Assembly: GCA_964489535.1 (NCBI GenBank)
Contig: CAZAZD010000005.1
Location: 895 to 64,894 of the forward strand
Length of the DNA: 64,000 nt
Source of the DNA: an uncultured Isosphaeraceae bacterium
Lineage (GTDB): Bacteria > Planctomycetota > Phycisphaerae > Phycisphaerales > SM1A02
Reading direction: 5' to 3'
The notes beneath the pieces are model-generated. The model made no database searches. It saw nothing but the letters and a program-made list of their open reading frames with translations, and was not told where the DNA came from. Each line of letters begins with the position of its first letter. The stretch's first letter is position 1. Positions 55,979 to 64,000 of this stretch are shown here, piece by piece. The translations under genes were made by a program, and so were the position numbers.

Positions 55979-56833
55979 TTATGCGAGCGGGGATTGTAGC
56001 ACTCGAACGTGCCTTGAAACATCATGCACTCGAAAAATCTGCGCTCCCATGTCAGCCATCTCTCTTGCGACCGCTGCCGATGCAGCATCTCGCTTTGCAG
56101 GGACCCTCACTCCCTCGACCGCCCCAATAAAACTCTTGCGGCTCGCTCCAACATAAACTGGATATCCCAATGTTGTAATACGGTCTATTTGTTGTACAAG
56201 TTGCCAATTCTGTTCGACGCTCTTACCAAAACCCAAGCCTGGATCTAGCGCAATAGTGTTTTTCTGAACACCCTGCCCTATTGCAACCGAAACTCGATCC
56301 ATTAGCCAGTCGATAACGTCTTGAACGATGTCCGTTGACTCTGGATCTTGCTCGTACTCGTTCGAGTACTTGTCTTGTTCCGGCGACAAGCGCCGATGCA
56401 TCAAGACGAGCCCTGCACCAGTAGCGTGAGCGAGTGAACATATCGCAGGGTCTTCTTCGCCCGCTGAAACATCGTTGATAATCGTTGCACCCGCATCTAT
56501 CGCAGCAGCAGCGACTTGCGAGAGCGTTGTATCGATGGAAATTAGCACATCGCTCTTGTTTCGAATCGCATTGATAACAGGAAGCACTCTTTGAATTTGC
56601 TCACAGGCATCAACTCTGGCTGCGCCGGGTCTTGTCGACTCACCACCAATATCAATAATGTTAGCACCTTCCGATTCCATTTCTAATGCTCTTCCGACAG
56701 CGGTTTCTTTTGTCGAATATTCCCCACCGTCGCTAAAACTATCCGGAGTTACGTTTAAAATGCCAACAATAATTGGGGTTTCCAACGATAATGCACGTTC
56801 CCCAAATTGCCAAGATGTCGCAATTGTTTGCAT
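55979..56833 (-). CDS. folP: Dihydropteroate synthase
   Basis: The ATG at 56833 gives MQTIATS...IVGILNVTPDSFSDGG. Also DIGGESTRPG and GASRKSF. Confidence 0.9.
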   Translation of the reverse strand: MQTIATSWQFGERALSLETPIIVGILNVTPDSFSDGGEYSTKETAVGRALEMESEGANIIDIGGESTRPGAARVDACEQIQRVLPVINAIRNKSDVLISIDTTLSQVAAAAIDAGATIINDVSAGEEDPAICSLAHATGAGLVLMHRRLSPEQDKYSNEYEQDPESTDIVQDVIDWLMDRVSVAIGQGVQKNTIALDPGLGFGKSVEQNWQLVQQIDRITTLGYPVYVGASRKSFIGAVEGVRVPAKRDAASAAVAREMADMGAQIFRVHDVSRHVRVLQSPLA

Positions 56834-56852
56834 ATAGGAAGTAGAGTAATCG

Positions 56853-58022
56853 ATGCACGACCTCGTTATCAACAGCACAGTACAACACACCTTATTACTT
56901 TTCGTACCGTTAGCTTTTGCGTACATTCTTAAACAAACAAAAATCAGGGGATGGGCGATGCTTGGGGGGGTTATTGGTGGTATTTTGCTCGGTCCTGCCA
57001 TCTTTGGAGCCGTTACGCCAGAGTACTGGGAGGGAATTTTTCAAGGAGGCACCAGTGAGCACAAAAAGATAGTTCGACTTGAGCGACAGCAACAGGCGGA
57101 TATTCTCGCAGCAACAACCCTTGGCGTGGACGAAACGAGCATTCTGCAGATACGAGCGGATCATCATTACGATGTGTCACTCCTAGAAGAAAAGTGGAAC
57201 GTTGCCAAATGGAAGGAACAACGGACACTTCGGGATTATGCGATGTTGCTCATCGTTTTGATTCTTCTGGGTGGGAGTATGCGTTGCAAAGCAAAAGGTA
57301 CTGCCCCTCCAGCCATGTCACTTTCTGTGGGAGTTTGGGCGGCGATTGTTCCAAGTGGCCTGACTGCCTTGTTGCTCTTCTGGCTCACCGATATGGGGTT
57401 AACGCCCGCGTTGGCGCTTGGCGCATGCCTTGGTGCTGGGCCATGGACACTTGCCACGTGGGAGCAACAAGCTGCCGATGATTCTGAAATAGATGGGGCG
57501 TTGCTCATGTTGCGCTGCGGAAGAATTGCTTGGGTCATTGCTGGTGCGATTGCAATCTATGCTGCTTGGCAAGCGCAAGCCGCCATGGCTCTGGTCTGGA
57601 TGCTACCGCTGCTTCTCCTTCCATTCCTCTGGCTTGTCCCCAACAAGCAATGGCGCTGGCTCCAAGTTTTTGTGGACTATGCTGCCATACCAAGTGTGAT
57701 GGCAACATCTTTAGTGCTCATCGATCCAATCAAAAACCTGCATTTCTGGCCGATTCTCATTGTGATCATGTTCTGTGCTGACGCACGTTGGATAGGTGGC
57801 ATGATTGGGCTTGGGCTCCTCGGTGGTCGAAAGAGTGGCGACGCTATGCGTTTGGCTATTCCACTGGTGGACGCGAGCGTTTCGCAACTCTGCATGGCGT
57901 CTTTGCTCATTGGCGTTGGCGTGCTCCCCGCCCCATTCGCGATTGCCGCACTCGTCGGCGCCCTCTTTCTTGAATTCACCGCTCCCATTCGCCTTAACAT
58001 GTCAACATATACCGCAGAATAA
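56853..58022 (+). CDS. Polytopic membrane protein, distantly cation:proton antiporter-like
   Basis: The N-terminal LGGVIGGILLGPAIFG resembles CPA-family TM1-2. A charged soluble insert and roughly 8 further TM helices follow. Weak call. Confidence 0.35.
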   Translation: MHDLVINSTVQHTLLLFVPLAFAYILKQTKIRGWAMLGGVIGGILLGPAIFGAVTPEYWEGIFQGGTSEHKKIVRLERQQQADILAATTLGVDETSILQIRADHHYDVSLLEEKWNVAKWKEQRTLRDYAMLLIVLILLGGSMRCKAKGTAPPAMSLSVGVWAAIVPSGLTALLLFWLTDMGLTPALALGACLGAGPWTLATWEQQAADDSEIDGALLMLRCGRIAWVIAGAIAIYAAWQAQAAMALVWMLPLLLLPFLWLVPNKQWRWLQVFVDYAAIPSVMATSLVLIDPIKNLHFWPILIVIMFCADARWIGGMIGLGLLGGRKSGDAMRLAIPLVDASVSQLCMASLLIGVGVLPAPFAIAALVGALFLEFTAPIRLNMSTYTAE

Positions 58023-58043
58023 ATAAACTATCCGCGGGATAGG

Positions 58044-59879
58044 TCACTCCACCGTGACTGATTTTGCGAGATTGCGGGGTTTATCGACGTCCTTGCCGCG
58101 GAGCACAGCAGCGTGGTACGCCAATAGTTGCAAAGGGATGACCGTTAACAATGGCTGCAGCGGCTCCGGAACATCTGGAACATAAAAGACATCGTCGCAA
58201 TGCTTTTGTATTTCAACGTCACCTTCTGTTGCCACTGCGATCACGTGTCCACCACGAGATCGTACTTCTTCCATATTGCCAATGACTTTTTCGTACTGGC
58301 TTCCTTTGGTTGCAACAATCACCACCGGCATACCCCTGTCAATCAGGGCAATCGGACCATGTTTCATCTCAGCCGCAGGCATACCCTCAGCGTGAATGTA
58401 ACTAATTTCTTTTAACTTCAGCGCACCTTCAAGTGCAACTGGATAATTTGTGCCACGTCCGAGGAACAACCAGTTGTCCCTATTCACTACGCCCTTGGTC
58501 GATTCAAGAATGTGATCGGACTGCGAAAGCACTGTTGCAATATGATCAGGGATTTGTTCAAGCGACGAAAGCAATTCCGACATATCTTCTCGCCCAAGGT
58601 GGTGCCGTCTTCCCACGTAAGTTGCAAGCATCGTCAACACAGCAACTTGCCCAATAAATGCTTTTGTTGACGCCACGCCAATTTCGGGACCAACTCGTAA
58701 GTACACGCCCGCATCCGTTTCGCGAGCGATGGTCGAACCAACTACATTGACTGCTCCAAATGTAAGCGCACCTCGCCGCTTTGCTTCTTGCACCGCCGCA
58801 AGCGTGTCAGCGGTCTCGCCAGACTGGCTCACTGCAATTGCAACTGTGCCTTCTTCGACAATTGGGTTTCGATAGCGGAACTCGCTTGCAAATTCCACCT
58901 CGGTTGGAATACCCGCAAGTTTTTCGAATAAGTATTCACCAATCATCGCTGCGTGTAACGCTGTCCCTTGCCCAAGAAGCAACACGCGTTTCGCCTTCGT
59001 TAATTCGGTTTCAAAGTCTGCAACACCCCCAAGCACAATTTTCGTATGAAGCGCATCCACTCTTCCTTGAATACATGTTCGCAGGGTATCGGGTTGTTCG
59101 TGAATTTCCTTCAACATGAAGTGTTCAAAATCACCGAGTTCTATTTGCTCAAGCGTGAATTCAAGTTCTTGTATTTCCGGAGTTAACTCAACATTGTCAA
59201 CCGTCGTTGTTCTAAAAGAGTCGCGCGTGAGCCGAGCAACCGTTTCGTCATCCAACAAAAATGCTTGGGTTGTGTGTGCAATAATCGCACTCGAATCTGA
59301 GGCAACAACATATTCCTCTTTGCCAACGCCAACAATAAGCGGCGACCCCTTCCTCGCAACGACCAATACCTCTGGCTCCTTTTCGCAAACTACGGCAATT
59401 GCATACGCTCCCGTCACTTCTCGAAGCGCAGACTGCACTGCAGTTTCCAAATCGCCATCGTACAATTCGCCAATTAAATGTGCTAAAACTTCCGTATCAG
59501 TTTCACTTGTAAACACGTGTCCCTTATCGCTTAGATATTGTTTAAGCGACGCATAATTTTCAATAATCCCATTGTGCACGAGCCGAATGCCGTGACCACT
59601 TGCTTCATCATCACTTTGAGGGTGTGCGTTGCGCTCGGACGGCTCGCCGTGCGTTGCCCACCTTGTGTGCGCAATACCGAGTGTGCCATCAAAGTCGTCA
59701 TTGCCAGCGACCATTTCCTCTAGACCAGTAACACGCCCCTTTGATCTGGCTTCTTTGATGTTGCCATTCAAAACCGCAATCCCAGCCGAGTCATACCCGC
59801 GATACTCCAGTCGCTTGAGCCCCTCTAGAAGGAGCTCCCTCGCTGGTTTAGATCCAATATATGCAACAATTCCACACAT
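58044..59879 (-). CDS. glmS: Glutamine--fructose-6-phosphate aminotransferase
   Basis: The ATG at 59879 gives MCGIVAYIG (Cys1 nucleophile). Two SIS domains and the C-terminal KSVTVE. Confidence 0.95.
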   Translation of the reverse strand: MCGIVAYIGSKPARELLLEGLKRLEYRGYDSAGIAVLNGNIKEARSKGRVTGLEEMVAGNDDFDGTLGIAHTRWATHGEPSERNAHPQSDDEASGHGIRLVHNGIIENYASLKQYLSDKGHVFTSETDTEVLAHLIGELYDGDLETAVQSALREVTGAYAIAVVCEKEPEVLVVARKGSPLIVGVGKEEYVVASDSSAIIAHTTQAFLLDDETVARLTRDSFRTTTVDNVELTPEIQELEFTLEQIELGDFEHFMLKEIHEQPDTLRTCIQGRVDALHTKIVLGGVADFETELTKAKRVLLLGQGTALHAAMIGEYLFEKLAGIPTEVEFASEFRYRNPIVEEGTVAIAVSQSGETADTLAAVQEAKRRGALTFGAVNVVGSTIARETDAGVYLRVGPEIGVASTKAFIGQVAVLTMLATYVGRRHHLGREDMSELLSSLEQIPDHIATVLSQSDHILESTKGVVNRDNWLFLGRGTNYPVALEGALKLKEISYIHAEGMPAAEMKHGPIALIDRGMPVVIVATKGSQYEKVIGNMEEVRSRGGHVIAVATEGDVEIQKHCDDVFYVPDVPEPLQPLLTVIPLQLLAYHAAVLRGKDVDKPRNLAKSVTVE

Positions 59880-59972
59880 AGTGTGAAGAATACACCACAA
59901 CTGTGCAATAGAGAAAAAAATAACCAACTTCATGTTGTTATCGGAGCGAGATGTAGCGTTTACAATCTAAAA

Positions 59973-61127
59973 ATGCCAAATCTTTTTTCAGATGAAGCCC
60001 AAAAACAACGTGACAGGGTCAGACCCCTCGCTGACCGGTTTCGACCTCGGTCGCTCGATGAAGTTGTTGGGCAATCGCATATTCTTGGACCAGATGACCT
60101 TCTTCGAAGAATGATTACAAGCGACACGTTGAGTTCAGCTATTTTCTGGGGTCCTCCCGGCACCGGAAAGACTACGCTCGCGTATGTCATTGCAAACGAA
60201 ACAAACGCACACTTCGCATCATTCAACGCTGCAATGATTGGCGTTGCTGATATCCGCCGAATCATCGATGAAGCTAGCATCCGCATTGAACAAAACGCAG
60301 GTCGAACAATTCTATTTTTAGATGAAATTCATCGCTTTAGTCGGAGCCAACAAGACGTTTTGCTTCAAGCGGTCGAACAAGGAACCGTTATTCTCATTGG
60401 TGCAACAACTGAAAACCCTGCATACACCGTGAACAACGCGTTGATTAGTCGCTCAACCTTGTTTCAACTTGAACCTCTATCACAAACTGAAGTCGAAACG
60501 ATACTTCGCGCAGCACTGCAAGAGAATAGAGGCGTCGGTACACTCGATGTGCAAATCACCAACAAAGCAATCGACCACTGGGCAAAACTCGCCGACGGAG
60601 ATGCAAGGCGCGCACTCAATGCACTAGAAATTGCAGTAGGAAGTTCTTGTGGCACTACGATTGATTTGAAAATCGCACAACAATCGATACAGAAAAAAGC
60701 TGTGCGATACGACCGGCATGGCGATGGTCACTACGACCACGCAAGCGCACTCATAAAATCTGTTCGCTGCGGTGATACAAACGGAGCACTCTATTGGCTT
60801 GCCTGCATGCTTGAAGCAGGCGAGGACCCAAGATTTATTGCAAGACGTATGTCCATTTTTGCTAGCGAAGATGTTGGACTTGCCGACCCACGCGCAATGG
60901 AACAAGCCGCTGCAGCATGGCTTATCATCGAACGTGTGGGCATGCCCGAATGTCAACTTGCGTTAAGTCAACTCGTTATTTATCTTTCAAAATCACCCAA
61001 ATCTCGCTCCGCTTGCGAAGCAATTGCGCAAGCAAGAGACGATGTAAAAAATCAGCGGACGGTTCTCGCGCCTTCCGACCACGACCCTACACAACTTCAA
61101 ACCATAACTGCAACGTATTTCACATGA
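59973..61127 (+). CDS. rarA: Replication-associated recombination protein A (AAA+ ATPase)
   Basis: The ATG at 59973 gives MPNLF...LADRFRPRSLDEVVGQ. Also GPPGTGKTT, LFLDEIHRF and a MgsA C-terminal domain. Confidence 0.9.
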   Translation: MPNLFSDEAQKQRDRVRPLADRFRPRSLDEVVGQSHILGPDDLLRRMITSDTLSSAIFWGPPGTGKTTLAYVIANETNAHFASFNAAMIGVADIRRIIDEASIRIEQNAGRTILFLDEIHRFSRSQQDVLLQAVEQGTVILIGATTENPAYTVNNALISRSTLFQLEPLSQTEVETILRAALQENRGVGTLDVQITNKAIDHWAKLADGDARRALNALEIAVGSSCGTTIDLKIAQQSIQKKAVRYDRHGDGHYDHASALIKSVRCGDTNGALYWLACMLEAGEDPRFIARRMSIFASEDVGLADPRAMEQAAAAWLIIERVGMPECQLALSQLVIYLSKSPKSRSACEAIAQARDDVKNQRTVLAPSDHDPTQLQTITATYFT

Positions 61128-61687
61128 GCAAAAGTGCACTTCGAAAACAAATCCAAGAACGTGTTGCATCGATGAACCCCGACAAAAAGAAGTCTGCGAG
61201 CCAAGCAATCTGTGCGCAACTTTCGACCATTGCATCTATCGTACACGCGGATTCGATTTTTACCTACTTGCCATTGCAAGACGAAGTTGACCTCCGCCAA
61301 ATTATCGAATTATGGATTGATGAATCCCGAACCGTGTGCGTACCCCTCATCCACTGGGAAGAGAAAACTATGCGCGGCGGATTGCTCACATCCCTCGATG
61401 ACGATGCCCTTCTGGAAACCCGCCATGGCATCAAGGAACCAAGGGCGCGCCACCCACTTCAAGACGACTGTATCGATGTTATTCTCGTTCCTGGGGTTGG
61501 CTTTGATCAAGGTGGAGGTCGCCTCGGTCGAGGTGGTGGGTTTTACGACCGATTTCTCGCTCATGCAAGGCCGCCGATTGTCATTGGTGTCTGTTTTGAT
61601 GAACAACTAGTCGATGCAGTCCCTCGCGAATCACACGACCAGCGCATGACCATCGTAGTTACTCCGACAAATGTCCTCGTAGAGTAG
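61124..61687 (+). CDS. 5-formyltetrahydrofolate cyclo-ligase
   Basis: The ATG at 61124 overlaps the rarA stop as ATGA. GVGFDQGGGRLGRGGGFYDRFL motif. Confidence 0.85.
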   Translation: MSKSALRKQIQERVASMNPDKKKSASQAICAQLSTIASIVHADSIFTYLPLQDEVDLRQIIELWIDESRTVCVPLIHWEEKTMRGGLLTSLDDDALLETRHGIKEPRARHPLQDDCIDVILVPGVGFDQGGGRLGRGGGFYDRFLAHARPPIVIGVCFDEQLVDAVPRESHDQRMTIVVTPTNVLVE

Positions 61688-61722
61688 GCACGGGACAATC
61701 CAAAATCGCTACAATCCCATCC

Positions 61723-62853
61723 ATGGCATTACCATCACAAGGCGGTTTTTCATCTGTTCGACGCGGAAGTATGTACCGACGAAAGCGAGGGCGAAAAGGC
61801 GTGTCGTGGCTCATCGTTGTCGTTACAGCAACGGGCATCACATGGCTGTTATGGCCAAACTCTTCAACCGAAGACAGAGCGGAAATCGCTCAAGCGCCCC
61901 TTGAGCTTCCAGTTGTTGAAGAGGTAAAGCCAACGTTCATCGCTACGCCACCAGTTATTGCTGAAAAGCCAGCACCCAAGTTGGCTCCAATCATTAAAGA
62001 GCCCGAAGTAACGGTCGCGGTTATTGAAGAAGAGCCTATACAGGTAACCGAGCCGGTTATTTCAAAACCGATCGTGCTTGCCGCCACGACCTCTGCAAAC
62101 CTTGAAGAGGGGTTAGCCCTTCTTGATAACGGTCAACTTGTTGCTGCGCGGTTGCAACTTTCAACATTACTTCGAAGCGGTTCACTCACAGAAAGCGAGG
62201 CTGCACAAGCGCGCGGTGTGCTCACCGATATTTCCGATACGCTTGTGTTCTCCAAAAAAATAGTTCAAGACGACCCGTTCGTCATTGAATATATTATTCG
62301 AGGCGGGGACACCCTCAGCGGAATCGTGCAAAAGATGGGATTACAGGTAAATTGGAGATTCATCCAACGGATTAACGGAGTTAAGCAAGCATCAAGCATT
62401 CGCCCCGGACAAAATATTAAGTTAATCACTGGTCCATTCCACGCAAAAGTGGATAAAGATACGTATCGCATCGATCTTTATCAAGGTGATGGAAGCGAAC
62501 AAGTCTTTGTTCGGTCGTATCGAGTTGGTCTTGGTGAATTTAATTCAACACCAACTGGATTGTTCAAAGTTCGTAACAATTCAAAACTTGTCAATCCAAC
62601 TTGGGTCAATCCGAGAACTCGAGAGTTTTTCAGTGCTGACAACCCCATGAATCCAATCGGCGAACGATGGATTGGGCTTGAAGGTATTGAGGAGCGAACC
62701 AAGGATCTTACTGGTCTTGGCATTCACGGCACCATTGAACCGGAAACCATAGGTACACAGTCCTCTATGGGTTGTATTCGTATGGAATCAAATGCTGTGG
62801 CACAAGTCTATGAGATGCTTGCGGAAGGTGTTTCCACCGTCGAAATACACTAA
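61723..62853 (+). CDS. LysM-domain L,D-transpeptidase (YkuD family)
   Basis: LysM segment YIIRGGDTLSGIVQKMGL and catalytic GIHGT...SSMGCIRM. Confidence 0.85.
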   Translation: MALPSQGGFSSVRRGSMYRRKRGRKGVSWLIVVVTATGITWLLWPNSSTEDRAEIAQAPLELPVVEEVKPTFIATPPVIAEKPAPKLAPIIKEPEVTVAVIEEEPIQVTEPVISKPIVLAATTSANLEEGLALLDNGQLVAARLQLSTLLRSGSLTESEAAQARGVLTDISDTLVFSKKIVQDDPFVIEYIIRGGDTLSGIVQKMGLQVNWRFIQRINGVKQASSIRPGQNIKLITGPFHAKVDKDTYRIDLYQGDGSEQVFVRSYRVGLGEFNSTPTGLFKVRNNSKLVNPTWVNPRTREFFSADNPMNPIGERWIGLEGIEERTKDLTGLGIHGTIEPETIGTQSSMGCIRMESNAVAQVYEMLAEGVSTVEIH

Positions 62854-62864
62854 GTGACTGTCAC
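62854..62864. repeat. GTGACTGTCAC palindrome between convergent genes
   Basis: Exact 11-mer starting 1 nt after the transpeptidase stop and ending 4 nt before the porin stop. Confidence 0.9.
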
Positions 62865-62867
62865 ACT

Positions 62868-64000
62868 TTAAAACGCCAACTGTAATTGCGTCCTGAAGAG
62901 CCATTCTGCGTTTCGGTTTGTTGTTGCACGCCAACCGACCATTTGGTTTGACATGCCCTGGCTGATTTCGCCAAAACTCCATCCAAAATCGCTCGTTACT
63001 TTTAGTCCTTGCCCATCTAAGTACCAGTTCACCCCTCCCGTCAGAATATGAACGTCGTCTCCTCCTAATTCATTCTGAATGACTCCACCGCCTTCAAATC
63101 GTAAAAATGCTTCCGTTGTATCCGTCATGTACGTACTTGCTTGTGCAATGTAGCCAACCCAATCGGCGTTCGCTGTCGTTGGGGAGGGGTCTTTTTGGTT
63201 GTGGATAGTGCCAGAAAGAAAAAATGACATCCCGTCGATCTGGATAGACACATCCGCAGTTGCACCAACTTGGTCTCTCTTTTTCGAACCACCTCCAAGG
63301 CGTTCTTCGTGCTGGGCGTGTACTGCGAATCCAATCATTGTTCCGCTCTCGCTTCCCACTGGACTCGTAAATTGTTTAAATTGGCTCCAATTGCCTTCGG
63401 TTAACCATTCGACCCTTGCTGTAAAGGACCAATCTGCGTCTTGAGAGAGCGCACTCCAAGGAGGTGTTGGGTTGGAACCCGCTGCAGGAATGCCCCTGAG
63501 TGTAAGTGAGCCATTTGAAGTCGCCAGAAAGATCCGTGTGTTTTCACCCGCCCACGTAAACTCGACACCTTGCGAGCGAGCAAGACCTATTCGGTAATCA
63601 ACCAAACTTCGATCAACTGCAAGTTGTAGTTGATCAGAGACGAGGGATTCTCTAGTGAAAGGCAACATAAAGACACCTAATTTTGCTGACCATTGGTCGC
63701 TCAATTTAAACTTCACCCACGAATCCCAGAGCCGTGGACCAATTCGCATTAATGGCGAACTTGAAATCGCGTTTGGATCGAGCCAGCCCCAGCCCGCCTG
63801 TACAAGGAACGTTGTGTCTCGATCAAACACATGTCCACTAATGTTCAAACGTGTTCGGGTGTTTTCAAGACCTCCGCGCCAACGGTCAAACAATGGACTT
63901 ACTGCGACGCGTTGGTAATTCAACAAGAGCCGTTCTTGAATCAACCCGCCAACTTTTAACTTGAACCTTCCATCGCTACTTGCGAGAAAAAAGCCGTCAG
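62868..64000 (-). CDS. Phosphate-selective porin O/P-family outer-membrane beta-barrel; the 5-prime end lies beyond the right edge
   Basis: The frame stays open upstream of the listed TTG to the window edge (…DGFFLASSDGRFKLKVGGLIQERLLLNYQ, typical of Porin_O_P). The C-terminus ends in an aromatic residue (LQLAF). Confidence 0.7.
   Translation of the reverse strand, partial: DGFFLASSDGRFKLKVGGLIQERLLLNYQRVAVSPLFDRWRGGLENTRTRLNISGHVFDRDTTFLVQAGWGWLDPNAISSSPLMRIGPRLWDSWVKFKLSDQWSAKLGVFMLPFTRESLVSDQLQLAVDRSLVDYRIGLARSQGVEFTWAGENTRIFLATSNGSLTLRGIPAAGSNPTPPWSALSQDADWSFTARVEWLTEGNWSQFKQFTSPVGSESGTMIGFAVHAQHEERLGGGSKKRDQVGATADVSIQIDGMSFFLSGTIHNQKDPSPTTANADWVGYIAQASTYMTDTTEAFLRFEGGGVIQNELGGDDVHILTGGVNWYLDGQGLKVTSDFGWSFGEISQGMSNQMVGWRATTNRNAEWLFRTQLQLAF

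Noticed and set aside
59880-59972. Looked for a glmS ribozyme upstream of glmS
   Set aside because: Only 93 bp separate glmS from the divergent rarA. I saw no long structured leader or conserved ribozyme core. As I recall, the element is mostly restricted to Gram-positive bacteria.

Overview
The window holds about 55 densely packed genes from a moderate-GC bacterial chromosome. It most likely belongs to the PVC superphylum (Planctomycetota-like). The signs are Pirellula/Verrucomicrobium-type CxxCH dehydrogenase proteins, DUF1080 paralogs, dockerin-like Cys-containing tails and an exosortase locus.

Layout:
- 1-10.8 kb (minus strand): a translationally coupled type IV pilus / T2SS-like operon. 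It runs major and minor pseudopilin, PilM, PilN, PilO, PilP-like, secretin and TPR lipoprotein, then PAS histidine kinase, receiver, GAF/HD-GYP, STAS and the start of a GspE/PilB-type ATPase.
- 11-27.4 kb: DUF1015 on the plus strand. On the minus strand, an exosortase-type exopolysaccharide locus (Wza-like exporter, exosortase-EpsI fusion, 1705-aa TPR protein, Wzz/BY-kinase, WecA-like transferase, LMW phosphatase) followed directly by serA and serC.
- 27.4-35.7 kb: housekeeping and accessory genes (lipA, PilZ, ClC channel, HdeD, ltaE, sulfotransferase, glycosyltransferase, chagasin-type inhibitor).
- 35.8-40.8 kb: a Mn/Fe/Zn-type ABC importer in which both permeases carry C-terminal DtxR-like domains, plus a divergent stand-alone DtxR/MntR gene.
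- 41-54.9 kb: cytochrome c/dehydrogenase-like proteins, an S8 protease, a beta-helix protein, DUF1080, a second HD-GYP, PqiA and an M24 peptidase.
- 55.1-55.6 kb: tRNA-Ala(GGC), followed by a perfect 151-bp tandem duplication seeded on the last 18 nt of the tRNA.
- 55.6-64 kb: trxA, folP, glmS, rarA, 5-FCL, an L,D-transpeptidase and a partial porin.

A family of GAC-W-GTC palindromes recurs in intergenic regions. I saw no CRISPR array, rRNA, transposase or integrase.

All calls rest on reading the translations and the DNA by eye. No database search was run.
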